This document shows positions 8,709 to 20,400 of a stretch of DNA of 58,443 nt, piece by piece. The position numbers were made by a program, and so were the translations under genes. The first letter of the stretch is position 1. Each line of letters begins with the position of its first letter. Source of the stretch: a virus. The stretch covers positions 64,001 through 122,443 of IMG/VR virus record IMGVR_UViG_3300045988_162434. One strand, 5' to 3'. The notes beneath the pieces are model-generated. The model made no database searches. It was given only the letters and a program-made list of their open reading frames with translations, and was not told the DNA's origin.

Positions 8709-11700
8709 ATGGCTAACACAATAGATTTTAAACTGCGGACAATAGCAGATTTAAAAGGTGTTAATGAATTAAAGCAAAGTTTAAATGAAGTTAGAAAAGA
8801 ATTTACTGTTTTTGAACATCCATTAAATATGGATACTTCAGAAATATTAAAATCCATAGATCAAATCGAACTTGCACTTGAAAAAGCTTATAATCCAAAT
8901 ATTAATACAGTTAATTTTGAAAAATTTAATAAAGTATTAAAACAAAATGGTACTGATATTCAAACAATAGGTAAAAATTTATTAAATGCAGGAACTTCAG
9001 GTCAAAAAGCTTTCTTAAATTTAACTAATACATTTACTCAGATGGGTAGTGTAGTTAAAAGAACCAATAAACTAGTCGATGAAATGGCTCAAACCATGAA
9101 AAATACTGTTAAGTGGGGATTGAGCTCTGGTTTATGGAATCAAATGCTTAGTAGCACTCAACAAGCTTATGGTTATATTAAAAATCTTGATACTGCTTTA
9201 AATGATATCAGAATTGTAACTGGGCAGTCGGCTGATCAAATGAGAGATTTCTCAAAAGACGCGAATGAAGCGGCAAAAGCACTTGCTGTTTCAACAAGAG
9301 ATTATACTGAAGGAGCTTTGATTTATTATCAACAGGGTCTTGATGATGATACGGTTAAAGCTTTAACTGATATTACTGCAAAGACAGCTAATGTAACAGG
9401 TCAGTCTATGGCGGAAGTGTCTGAGCAACTCACAGCTGTATGGAATGGTTACAATGTAGCAAACGAAGCTGCAGAAAAGGGCTTTGGTATATATGAAGAA
9501 TATGTAGATAAGTTGGCGGCAGTAGGCGCGGCAACCGCATCAGATCTGGAAGAGCTGGCTACAGCTATGTCTAAAGTAGCGTCATCTGCATCCATGATGG
9601 GTGTTAATATCGACCAGTTATCTGCTCAAGTTGCTACTATTGTTTCTGTAACAAGACAAGCACCAGAATCTGTTGGTACTGCTCTTAAAACAATTTATGC
9701 TCGTATGGGCGACTTACAAGTTGATGGCGTTGATGAATTTGGTACTACTCTTGGTGAAGTATCCGGTACCCTTGAGTCTGTTGGTATTAGAGTTCTGGAT
9801 GAAACAACAGGCAACTTAAGAGAAATGGGTACTGTAATGGAAGAGGTTGCTGAGAAATGGCAAGGATGGACGGAAGCTCAGCGTCAAGCTATTGCAGTAG
9901 CTATGGCAGGTAAAAGACAGTATAATAATTTAACTGCATTATTTAATAACTGGAATATGTATCAAGATACTTTAGCTGTATCTCAAAATGCTGCTGGTAC
10001 GTTACAAGAACAGCAAGATATTGCTTTGGAGTCTTTAAATAAAAAGCTTGAAATATTAAGAGCAACTGCTGAAACAATTTATCAAGATTTATTTGATACA
10101 GAAGGTATTAAAGACTTAACTGAAGATGCTACTAAGTTATTAGAAGTTGTAGATAATTTTGTTAAAACAGCAGGTGGTTTAAAGGGTATACTGTCTTTTG
10201 TTGCTCCTTTAATGTTGAAGACTTTTAGTGGGAAAATTAGTGAAAGTATTCTTAATATTGCAAATAATATTAAAGATACAAGAACTAATTTAGAAGCATT
10301 AAAAAATTCTATGCCTGCTTTAGATCAATTTAATGAAATTGCTCAAAATGCATATATTCAAAATCCAGAAAGCATGGGCGGAAAAGCTGTTGCAGATGCT
10401 ACTGCTCAATTAAAAGCTAATAATCAATATTTAATTGAAAATAATAAATACTTAACAGCAGAAGACGAAAAGCAAATAAATTTATTAAATAAAAAAATTG
10501 TTGCTCAAGCTGAAATGACTGTTAAATATGGTGAACAAGTTGAAGCTATTACTAAACAAAAAAATAATTTAATAGGTTTATTAGATATAGATACATCATT
10601 AGAAGCTTCTACTGAAAGAAGATCTAAAGATTTAGAAAAAATAAACACCTTTTTAAAAATAGCTAATACAATAGAGGGTGAAAATCTCGGCACTTCAATG
10701 ACCACTGATGCTTTTGGAAATAATCAGATAGAAGATGCAATGAGTAATTTAATAAAAACTGATGAACGAGTATTACCAAGTATTAAAGAAATTATGAAAT
10801 CAGGAGATGCTTTTAAAGATAAGTGGTCTCAAATTTCAACTATAATTAAAGAAGTTGATGATAAAATTACCACTATTGATTTAAAAGCTTTAAAAGAAGA
10901 TTTTAAAGAATTAGATATTCAAGCTAAAGAATCAGCTATTGATGCTAAAATTTCTAAAATAAAAGAAGATACAGATTTTATATCTAATATTCAAGAATTA
11001 GATTTACCTCAAGCAGAGGTTGATAATTTCTTTAATAATTTAGCAGAAAGAGCTAAAGAAGCAGTACGGCAAGGAAAAGCTCTTGATGATGTACTAGAAA
11101 ATGTTTTTAAAGAAGCAAGAACACAAGCTGGAAACTTAGCTGGTCTTGAACAAATGCAAGGGCAAATTCAAAAGACTGAAAAAGGATTGATTTCTTTTCG
11201 AGAAGAATTGGTTAAAGCTTTTAATCAAAAAACTACAATCCAACAAATTGGACAGGTTGTAGGATCTCTTGGTCAATTAGCAATGGCAATAAATCAGATT
11301 AGAAATCTAGGAAATATTTTTTCAAATGATGATTTAACTTTAACAGAAAAAGTAGAACAGTCTTTTATGTCTTTAGCTATGATAATTCCTTCATTAATTA
11401 GCGTTTATGAGACTTTTATTGCTGTAAAAGAATCAAATAGAATTGCAACTTTGGCTGAAACAGCAGTTGAAAAAGTAAAAAATGTGGTTTTAAGTTTATC
11501 TGCAAGAATTGAAGCAAAAGTAACAGTAGCTACAACAGCTAATACTGCTGCAACAAAATTAAATACAATAGAAAAAATTAAAAATCAAGCAGCAACACAT
11601 TCTTTAGGACTTGCTATAGGCATAGTTAGTGGAGCTATGGCTCTCGTAACCGCAGCAGTAATTGGAAGTATTGCACTTTACAAAGCTCACAAAAAAGCAG

Positions 11701-14700
11701 TTGAAGAAGATGCGAAGGCAGCAGAAAATGCAGCAAATGCAGCTCATGAAGTTACATTAGCAACGGAAGAACAAAAAGAATCTGTTAATGAATTAGTTTC
11801 TAGTTATGAATCATTAAAAGAGCAATATAAGAAAAATAACTTAGAAGCTTTTAGGCAACAAGTTTATTTACTTTGTCAGCAACACGGTATTCAGAGTGCG
11901 GCAGTGCAAGCGCTTACCGCAGATTATGAAGAGTTAGACAATATTATAAAGCAAGTTCAAACTGATAGCAATGTAGATATACAAGAAGCTACTTCTGAAG
12001 AAAAAGCAAAGCAGACTGCTTCTATTAGTGCCAATATAGTTAAAGAAGCTGGTGCTAGAATTGATAGTGTTGGTCAAGGTCAAGATACTTTAGACCTACA
12101 AGGTATGATGAGTAGAAATGATAGCGAAAAGAAATTAGCTCAAGAATTAGAGAAATTAGGTATCATTTTTACAGATAGCAATCATATTACTGTAGAAAGT
12201 TTAACTAAAGTTGCAACAGAAAATAATGCAGAATTAGTAAAAATTCTGAATGAAAATCCTTCAATGGCTTCTAAACAAATTTCAGAATTGTTAAATTCAG
12301 AAACTATTTCAACTGCTATTACGAATTGGGAAGACGCAGAGACAAAAGGAAAAACAGCAGAAAGAGAAAATTCTGCAAATGATATCTTTAATAATAAGAA
12401 TTTAGGTTCTAAAGATGCTTCTTATACAGATTATCAAAAAGGTATTTCTGCTATTGTAGAAAAAGTAAGATCAACTTATGGGTGGAAAGAGTCTTCTGAA
12501 GAAGGCTATAGCAAAGAAGAAAATGAAAAAGCAATAGAAGATGCAAGACAGTATGCCATTACATATTTGACAGCTAGAAATGATGCTTTATTACAGTATT
12601 CTTCTAAATATGAAGCATCTAGAGCGTTGATAGAAAAAGGATATGCAGAAGAAACTGTTCAAAATATAATGGCTAGTTTATCTGATTCAGATGCAAAAGC
12701 TATTCTTGATAATATTGATTTAGTTTTACCAGAAAATGCAGGGGAAAATCTTCAGAAACAAATAGATGGTTTAGGCGATTTTTCTGTACTAGCCGAGGTT
12801 AGAAGTTCTGCTACTGTTACGGGCGGAGTTCTTGAGAATTTAGAGGATGGCGAATTGACTCAAGAACAAATTGATAGTTTATTTGCTGATCAGGGTATTC
12901 AAGATTATTTTGGTACTCAAGAAGATTTTGAGAAATTAGACTCATCAGAACAAATTGCTCAATTAAAAATTTTTTATGATACAAGAATAGAAAAAGAAAA
13001 AGAGTTAACTCAAGCTATTGAAGACAGAGTTAATGCAGAGAGTAAAGCCAATAATGAATCATTGACTGCTCAAAGTCAAATTGAAGGAATGACGAGCTAT
13101 AGTTATACTGGCTATGAAAAAACTCAAGAAGGCACTATTAAAAAAGGAGAGGGGTCTTCTGTAGATTACTCTGGCACTGTTGATGAAACTTATTCAACTG
13201 CAATAGAAAATTTTGAAACATTAGAAGGCGCTCTTGGTAATATAAAAGAAGAGATAGAAAGTTTTCCTGGATTAGATTCTTTTTTAAATGTTGATGATAT
13301 TGAAAAAGCTACTTCAGCAATAGAAAAATTAAAAGAAGATGGATTTGATAGTCTAACAGATGAAGAAAAAAATGCAATAGATATTGTTTCAGAAGTAATA
13401 GGTGTCAATAAAGATCAAATTAAAACATGGAAAGACGCTATTGATCAAGGAGAAGATTTAACTAATGTTTCAAATGGTTTAAGCAAAGCGCAAAATGATT
13501 TAAACAATTCTACTGAAGACAATGTTGATCAAGTAGAGGTTTGGACTGCTGTACATGAAAAAGCCAAAGAAGAAATGAGTGATATCACAGGAGAATTAAG
13601 TAGCATTCAAGGTGCATATAATTCTCTTAATAGCATAATGGATTCATATAATGAAAATGGATTCTTAACTATTGATAATCTTAATACTCTTCTAAATATG
13701 GATGATCAGTATTTAGCTGCTTTACAGATTCAAAATGGACAAATGTCTATGAATCAAAGTCAATTAGAAACATTAGCAAATGCACAATTAGATTTAGCAG
13801 AAGTTAAAGCTGTTGATGAAGCTATGTCTCAATTAGCAAGATTGGCTAATGATGATTTGGCTTTAGCAGAAGAATTAACTGGAAATGCAGCTACTTCCAG
13901 CGCGCAAAAGATGAGTGCTGCACAAACAGCTGTATATAATTTAGCTATGCAAATGCAAAGTGCTACAGTTGATGCAGCTAATTTAGCTAATCAATTAGCT
14001 GAAATTCCGGGATTAGATGGTATCTTTAAGCATAAAGATGCAGCTAAAGTTGTTATGCAAAGTTTATCTACTAAACTTGCTGCTATTGGCAATGTTAGAG
14101 CAAATCTTGGTAAGAGTATGTCAGCAGGCGTATCTAAAGGTGGAGGCGGAGGAGGTTCTTCTTCTAAAAAAGAAGAAGAATTTACTGACGATAAAGTAGA
14201 TAGATATTGGTCTGTTAATAAAGCTCTTGAAGCTATCAATGATGAACTTGATAAACTTGAAGATAAGCAAAGCACAATGTCTGGAAAACAGCTTATTGAA
14301 AGTTTACAAGAAGAGAATAAATTATTAGATCAACAGATTGATAAACAAAAAGAAAAACAGAAACTTCAAATTCAAGAAGCTCAAGAAGTACAAGGCAGAC
14401 TTAAATCTTTTGGAGTTACATTTAAAGATACTGGTGAGATCACTAATTATGAAGCAGCATATCAAGCTCAAATAAATGCTTATAATGCAGCTGTTAGCGC
14501 ATATAATGCAGGCTCTTTAGATGAAGCTGGTATGGATATAGCCAAACAAAAGTATGAAGATTTTAAGAAACAAATCGAAAGATATGATACTTTATTATAT
14601 GATGAAATGAAAGATGTCGCTGATGCGATTACAGAAGAAGAAAAGAAACAAAGAGAAAATACTTTAGCTATATTTGAAGAAGATTATAAAATTAAACTTG

Positions 14701-17318
14701 ATTTTTCTGAAGCTGAAAGAGATATGCAAGATTTCTTGGCGGAAATGGAAGAAGATTTCACTAAGGTATATGAAGATCTTGGTAAAAAGAGCAAAAACAT
14801 AGTAGCTTCATTTAGTACATACCAAGGTGACAATGGTACGATTGCCGCGGATCTGGCTGCTATAGGAGTAGTTGAGAGAGAAATTATGAATCTGCATACT
14901 ACGGGTTATTCTGGTATGTTTGAAACAATTTCTCAGGCTCAGGACAGACTTAAAGAACTTCAAAGTGATTTGATGGATCATGCTAAAGACATGAAAGATT
15001 TATTCCAAGATGCTTGGGATGCTTATATGGATGGTATTGATCAAGCTGCAGATAAGTTTGAAGACTTAATGGATGAATTTGATAGAATAAATGACAATCT
15101 TGAATATCAAGCTGAACTTATAGAGTTAATCTATGGAGAAGAAGCATATGATATGATGGATAAATTATATTCTGCTCAAATCAATAATAGTGGCGTGCAG
15201 ATTGAGTCTTTAAGACAACAGAAGGCGTTCTGGACAGAACAAGCGGAAGTTGCGAAACAATCTTATGGAGAAGAAAGTGAAGCTTATCAAGAAGCATATG
15301 AAAAGATGCGTGATTGTGAACAAGACTTAAATGACGCAGTACTTGATAGAATAAATCTTATTAAAGACCAATATCAAAACACTATTTCTTCTACTATTGA
15401 TGCTCTTGAGAAAAAAATAACTGGTGGAACAACACTTGACTATATGCAAGATCAATGGGATAGATTAAAAGAATCCGCAGACTTGTACATGGATGCAACA
15501 GAAAAAGCTTATAATACAGAAACTTTTAAAGCTAATGTCGATCAAGCTATTACAGATACCAAGAGCGTAAAAGCTAAACAGAAATTATTAGAGTTCCAAG
15601 AAAAGGAGCTTAAAGCTTTAAGAGAAAAGAAACAATTAACTCAATATGATATTGATGCAGCAAATGCTAGATTTGATATTCTTCAAAAAGAAATTGCTTT
15701 AGAGGATGCTCAAAATAGTAAGAATACAATGAAGGTTACTAGAAATCAAGAAGGTAACTGGACTTATCAATATGTTGCAGATGAAGACGACGTTGCTAAT
15801 AAGCGTCAAGCTTTATTAGATTCTTATAAAGAACTTTATGAGTTATCTAAGACAGCATATCAATCTAATATTGAAAACTTATTAAAATTAGATCAAGAAT
15901 ATTTATCTAAGAAGAAAGAGTATCTTGAAAAATATGGCGCGGACAGTCAAGAAATGGCAGATCTGGATAAGTGGTATCAAGAGATATCGATGGGGTATGC
16001 TAATGAGGCGGCGACCGCGAAATCTGGATTGCAAGAAGCTCAATTAGGTTTGACTCTTGAGATTTATAAGCAAGACGAAGAAGCTTATGCATCTATGACA
16101 TCAGAGCAACAGAGATTAGTTAAAGAAGCTACAGATAATAATATTAGTGATTTTAATAGTGTATATGATGCTGTTAGAGATAATATGAATGGTATTGTAG
16201 ATAGTATTGAATCTTCTCTTGTTGAAGGAAGAGGTATCTGGGATACGGCTGCAGATCAAATGATTGATAAATGGGCTGGCGATGATGGTTCTAGTGTGAA
16301 AGCTATGGTTACAGATGCGAATGATAAGTTAATTGAAGCAACTCAAAAATATGAAGAACAAGTTTCAGATACTGCTGATAAAGCTGGACAGGATTTTGGA
16401 CCAGATGGTATATCAGGCGCGATTAGAGGAGCAGAAGATGAGACAGATAATTTGAAGAATAAGACTGCTGAACTTGCTTCAGATAGTAGTTCTCAATTAG
16501 AAAATTTAAGAAATAGTGTTGATCAAGTTAAAACTGCTTGGGAAGGTGTGGTTCAATCTATCCAAGATGCTATTAACAATATTCAACAGTATTTATCTCT
16601 GATGCAAGCTGCGGCAACTGCAAGTCAAACTACTTTTAGTGGTGCAACAAATTATGGAAACTATTCTGCTACTAATAGTACTTCTTCTAATAATGGTAGC
16701 GGCGGTAATCTATCTAGTGGTTCTGGACTTAGCAGAGGTCCTTATAAACTACAATCAATATCAATCGCTCCAGGTGGCGTACCTAAGATGGGTATTCCTC
16801 AAATTGGAATATCAATGGAAATTCCTTCTAATTTAAGAAATAAGAATATGATTAACAAAAAAGATAGAGACTTATTTATTGCAGCTTTTAATAGGAAGTA
16901 TCCTCAATATAATGTTTACAAGACTGGTGGTTACACAGGAAACTGGCCTATGTCTCAAGGAGATGGTCTGGATAGTGATAATGGTAGACTTGGTATTTTA
17001 CATCAAAAAGAACTTGTATTAAATGCTTCTGACACAGAAAATATTTTAGATGCAGTAAAAATTGTTAGAAGTATGCCAAATATTATTTCTTCAATTCAAA
17101 ATGCTATTTCTGATGTAGTTGGAGAGAGACTTTCTAATATGACTAATGAAATTAGTCAAGGTAAAGTTGTTTCAACAACAGCAGGTAGCAACAAAGAAGA
17201 AAATAATGTTTATAACATTGTTGCAGAGTTTCCTAATGCTAACAGTGCGGCAGAAATTGAACAAGCTTTACTTAATCTTAAAAATATTGTAGCACAAAAG
17301 AACGGAATTAGAAAATAA
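8709..17318 (+). CDS. tail tape measure protein, 2869 aa (TP901-type TMP core near the N-terminus, long coiled coils, internal hydrophobic segment, Gly/Ser linker)
   Basis: N-terminal region (DIRIVTGQSADQMRDF...GALIYYQQGL) resembles the phage TMP core. TM-like LGLAIGIVSGAMALVTAAVIGSIALY. GGGGGGSSSKKEEE linker. Compositionally mosaic (GC-rich core, AT-rich extensions). Confidence 0.8.
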   Translation: MANTIDFKLRTIADLKGVNELKQSLNEVRKEFTVFEHPLNMDTSEILKSIDQIELALEKAYNPNINTVNFEKFNKVLKQNGTDIQTIGKNLLNAGTSGQKAFLNLTNTFTQMGSVVKRTNKLVDEMAQTMKNTVKWGLSSGLWNQMLSSTQQAYGYIKNLDTALNDIRIVTGQSADQMRDFSKDANEAAKALAVSTRDYTEGALIYYQQGLDDDTVKALTDITAKTANVTGQSMAEVSEQLTAVWNGYNVANEAAEKGFGIYEEYVDKLAAVGAATASDLEELATAMSKVASSASMMGVNIDQLSAQVATIVSVTRQAPESVGTALKTIYARMGDLQVDGVDEFGTTLGEVSGTLESVGIRVLDETTGNLREMGTVMEEVAEKWQGWTEAQRQAIAVAMAGKRQYNNLTALFNNWNMYQDTLAVSQNAAGTLQEQQDIALESLNKKLEILRATAETIYQDLFDTEGIKDLTEDATKLLEVVDNFVKTAGGLKGILSFVAPLMLKTFSGKISESILNIANNIKDTRTNLEALKNSMPALDQFNEIAQNAYIQNPESMGGKAVADATAQLKANNQYLIENNKYLTAEDEKQINLLNKKIVAQAEMTVKYGEQVEAITKQKNNLIGLLDIDTSLEASTERRSKDLEKINTFLKIANTIEGENLGTSMTTDAFGNNQIEDAMSNLIKTDERVLPSIKEIMKSGDAFKDKWSQISTIIKEVDDKITTIDLKALKEDFKELDIQAKESAIDAKISKIKEDTDFISNIQELDLPQAEVDNFFNNLAERAKEAVRQGKALDDVLENVFKEARTQAGNLAGLEQMQGQIQKTEKGLISFREELVKAFNQKTTIQQIGQVVGSLGQLAMAINQIRNLGNIFSNDDLTLTEKVEQSFMSLAMIIPSLISVYETFIAVKESNRIATLAETAVEKVKNVVLSLSARIEAKVTVATTANTAATKLNTIEKIKNQAATHSLGLAIGIVSGAMALVTAAVIGSIALYKAHKKAVEEDAKAAENAANAAHEVTLATEEQKESVNELVSSYESLKEQYKKNNLEAFRQQVYLLCQQHGIQSAAVQALTADYEELDNIIKQVQTDSNVDIQEATSEEKAKQTASISANIVKEAGARIDSVGQGQDTLDLQGMMSRNDSEKKLAQELEKLGIIFTDSNHITVESLTKVATENNAELVKILNENPSMASKQISELLNSETISTAITNWEDAETKGKTAERENSANDIFNNKNLGSKDASYTDYQKGISAIVEKVRSTYGWKESSEEGYSKEENEKAIEDARQYAITYLTARNDALLQYSSKYEASRALIEKGYAEETVQNIMASLSDSDAKAILDNIDLVLPENAGENLQKQIDGLGDFSVLAEVRSSATVTGGVLENLEDGELTQEQIDSLFADQGIQDYFGTQEDFEKLDSSEQIAQLKIFYDTRIEKEKELTQAIEDRVNAESKANNESLTAQSQIEGMTSYSYTGYEKTQEGTIKKGEGSSVDYSGTVDETYSTAIENFETLEGALGNIKEEIESFPGLDSFLNVDDIEKATSAIEKLKEDGFDSLTDEEKNAIDIVSEVIGVNKDQIKTWKDAIDQGEDLTNVSNGLSKAQNDLNNSTEDNVDQVEVWTAVHEKAKEEMSDITGELSSIQGAYNSLNSIMDSYNENGFLTIDNLNTLLNMDDQYLAALQIQNGQMSMNQSQLETLANAQLDLAEVKAVDEAMSQLARLANDDLALAEELTGNAATSSAQKMSAAQTAVYNLAMQMQSATVDAANLANQLAEIPGLDGIFKHKDAAKVVMQSLSTKLAAIGNVRANLGKSMSAGVSKGGGGGGSSSKKEEEFTDDKVDRYWSVNKALEAINDELDKLEDKQSTMSGKQLIESLQEENKLLDQQIDKQKEKQKLQIQEAQEVQGRLKSFGVTFKDTGEITNYEAAYQAQINAYNAAVSAYNAGSLDEAGMDIAKQKYEDFKKQIERYDTLLYDEMKDVADAITEEEKKQRENTLAIFEEDYKIKLDFSEAERDMQDFLAEMEEDFTKVYEDLGKKSKNIVASFSTYQGDNGTIAADLAAIGVVEREIMNLHTTGYSGMFETISQAQDRLKELQSDLMDHAKDMKDLFQDAWDAYMDGIDQAADKFEDLMDEFDRINDNLEYQAELIELIYGEEAYDMMDKLYSAQINNSGVQIESLRQQKAFWTEQAEVAKQSYGEESEAYQEAYEKMRDCEQDLNDAVLDRINLIKDQYQNTISSTIDALEKKITGGTTLDYMQDQWDRLKESADLYMDATEKAYNTETFKANVDQAITDTKSVKAKQKLLEFQEKELKALREKKQLTQYDIDAANARFDILQKEIALEDAQNSKNTMKVTRNQEGNWTYQYVADEDDVANKRQALLDSYKELYELSKTAYQSNIENLLKLDQEYLSKKKEYLEKYGADSQEMADLDKWYQEISMGYANEAATAKSGLQEAQLGLTLEIYKQDEEAYASMTSEQQRLVKEATDNNISDFNSVYDAVRDNMNGIVDSIESSLVEGRGIWDTAADQMIDKWAGDDGSSVKAMVTDANDKLIEATQKYEEQVSDTADKAGQDFGPDGISGAIRGAEDETDNLKNKTAELASDSSSQLENLRNSVDQVKTAWEGVVQSIQDAINNIQQYLSLMQAAATASQTTFSGATNYGNYSATNSTSSNNGSGGNLSSGSGLSRGPYKLQSISIAPGGVPKMGIPQIGISMEIPSNLRNKNMINKKDRDLFIAAFNRKYPQYNVYKTGGYTGNWPMSQGDGLDSDNGRLGILHQKELVLNASDTENILDAVKIVRSMPNIISSIQNAISDVVGERLSNMTNEISQGKVVSTTAGSNKEENNVYNIVAEFPNANSAAEIEQALLNLKNIVAQKNGIRK

Positions 17319-17328
17319 CAGAAACTAT

Positions 17329-17359
17329 GCGGAGAGGACTTGACCTCTCCGCTATTTTT
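17329..17359 (+). terminator. rho-independent terminator GCGGAGAGG-ACTTGA-CCTCTCCGC plus TATTTTT
   Basis: Perfect 9-bp GC stem directly after the TMP stop. Its position is the reason the downstream ORF's ATG at 17327 is rejected as the start. Confidence 0.7.
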
Positions 17360-17431
17360 GGTTATAATAGAATAAGAATGAGATTTGATTTTTCATATTC
17401 TAATAAAGAAGAGAAAAAGGAGGAAAGAGTA

Positions 17432-20400
17432 TTGGCAACAGACTACACTAAGTTTCAAGTTGATTCTACAGTAAAAGAGAATTTTACTAAAGCAGCTTCC
17501 AATACTTCATTGAATAAGGGAGCAGACTATATCTCTAATTCAATTTATGATGCTGTAGCTTCAGTATCAGAAAACGCGGCGTCCGCAGTTCAAAGTGATG
17601 TCTCCTATGAAATGGAAGTCATGGAGATAGTGGATCAAGGAACTGCGACTTATAGGGTAAAATATTTAGAGAATGATAAATTGCAAGCGCATGCAAGTAC
17701 ACCTAGCTATTCAGTTGGTGACCATGTATTAGTATTAGTACCAAGAGGAGATTTTGATAATCCTCTTGTTATTTTAAATTCTGTAACGCCTTCTGTTACA
17801 GTAGTTGGAGAAGACAAAACAACAGCAGAAACATTAAAAAGAATTGAAGTAAGTCAAAATCTTTTTAACAATTATAATTTAATTAAATTTGCATCTTATC
17901 AAGATGAGATTATAGATATAAATGATATTGTTCCATATAATTTATCTGATTTATTAAAAGGATACTTTGATAGTGGATATAATATTTTAAAGTTAAATAT
18001 GAATGTTAAAACTTCTATTGCAAAAGAGCAAAGAATTTCTGGCTCTTATGGAATTAAAGTTGAGATTCCAATCCGCAGAAAGAATGCAGATGGAATTTTA
18101 AAAGATGACATTCAAGAATTTTATTTAGATTCTAAGGTTTTTAATGGTAATCCATATGAATTAACAAATTGGTCTAATCAAACTAATTATTTGGTTCTTA
18201 ATTTTGGAGACGAAATTGTTTTCGATAAAAAGAGAAGCATTAAAGTTACTGCTTTTGTTGATGGATTTCCACAAGATCCAGCTAAAACAGATAAAAATGT
18301 TTGGGCTGATATTATATTAAAAGATATTCAATTAACTGTTTGTGAGGATATTGAGACAGTTGAAGGTGGATATAAGGTTGTATTAACAGCAGAAAATGGA
18401 CCTTTCTTTGCTAATCAAGATGTTTCTTCTATTGAAGAAAAGAAAATCAATTTAAAAGTATTTTTAAATGGACTTGAAACTTCTTATGCTAAAATGCCTA
18501 TTTATTGGTTTATTGAAGATCCAACAGTAAATGAAACAAGTAAATATTATCATCGTTCTGCAGGTGTGAATTGGAGATGTTTAAATTCTAGAACAGAGGT
18601 TTTAGGTGAAGCACAAAATGATAGTTCTTTTGTTTTTAATACATCCGCGGGTTCGGTGACGATCTCAAACCAAGATGTCAAACACAAATCTAAAATTAGA
18701 TGTTATGTTGGTACTAATGAAGGTCAATTATGGGTTTATGGAGAGCTAACTATAAGTAATTTATATTCTTTAATTAAAGAAGTTAATTTATATGCAGATA
18801 AAGAAAACAATACTTATGTTGAAAACGTAGGTATTGTAACTTTAACTTGTGAAGTAAATTATCCTAATTTATATAGTAATGTAGTTCGTGATGAAGAGTT
18901 AAATTACGTATGGGAGCAAATTGATCAGCAAGGTCGAATCATTAGTCAAGACGATTTTTATAATATTGTAGCTTTAAATGATAAGAATATTACTGATGGG
19001 ATCTATACCACTAAGATTAGTTTTCCGGTAAGTTCATTAACATCAGATATGAATATTTTTAAGGTTTATGTCTATGCTAATAAAAAACAAGCATCTGGTT
19101 CAATTATTGCTTATCCTATTGAAACAAAACAAATTAGCATAAGAACAAAAGAAGGACAAGACTTTTTAGTTGTTTTAGATAATGCTAATATAAATTATAA
19201 TTATGATGCAGATGGCGATGCACCAGATAGTGATAATTATGATGGTTTGAGTTTACAGAAATTAGAGATTAAGCCTGTTGAGTTTAGTATTATAAGCGCG
19301 GCTACCGGTGAAGAGATCTCTAAGGCTGAATATGATAGAGTCAGTTGGGTTTGGAAAGTTCCAATCAATAGTTTATTAAAACCTAATTTAGTTTATTTTG
19401 AAAGTGTAAATCAAGATAATACTTCTGCTATAACAAAAGACGATAATTACTATTATATACGCGGGAATGGCACTAATAGGAGTCTACAGTATAAGCTTGC
19501 TAGCCGCTATAATGCGAAGTCCGCGCAGAGTCTTTCAAGTTTAACTATTACTTTTGGTAATACAGTATTATATGAAGATGTCCCTATTAGATTCTCAAAA
19601 GATGGTGAGAATGGAACTAATGGTACTAAATATACTGCTTTTGTTACCTATAAAATTGGAGATACAGAATATCGTTATGGAGATATTTATATTGATGATA
19701 ATGGTAATGAGCATCCTGTAAAAATGCGTTTTGTGGCAGTAGAAGATAATGATGGTACTATTGATTGGTATATTTATGATTTAGTTAGTAATACTTTAAA
19801 AAAGTGTTATGCTTTATCGGGAAATAGTTACTCACATATTAAAGGCGATTTATATAGATTAAATATTAAAGTTTACAAGGATGGAGAAGAGATAAATACG
19901 AGTGCTTCTTCTCAAACAGGACAAGCTAGCGTATCTTGGAATATCTTTGATAGTGGAGAAAAACAAGGTTTAGGATGGAAAGAGAATAAATATTATTGTC
20001 CTTTTGCCATATCAGATAGTGATTCTAGCTCTTGTTATATTATCCCTACAAATAATGATAAAAGTAAATTAAGCCAATGGAATAATGAAAATAATATCCC
20101 TTATGTAATTGTACAAGCAAATATTTCATTATCTAATTTAAAGGCAACTGCGGATCAAAGTACAGATGATTTGAATAATATTTATAATAATGATTTGCAT
20201 ATCTATTATGATTATCCTATTGAAATTACTAGAATTAAAAAGCCACAAACAGATTTCGCTTCTGATGGAAGTTTTAAATCTTTTGTTCCATCACTCGAAG
20301 GTGGTTTCTATAATGTATTATATACATCAGCAGGAAATAATCCTCAATATGATGATACAGAAAACTTTAGATGTGAGAGCAATTTGATTGGAGTAGATAG

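Noticed and set aside
17327-17431. ATG at 17327 as start of the giant tail protein (ORF-track start)
   Set aside because: The ATG overlaps the TMP terminator hairpin (17329-17352) and has no SD. The in-frame TTG at 17432 has AAAGGAGGAAAG at ideal spacing.
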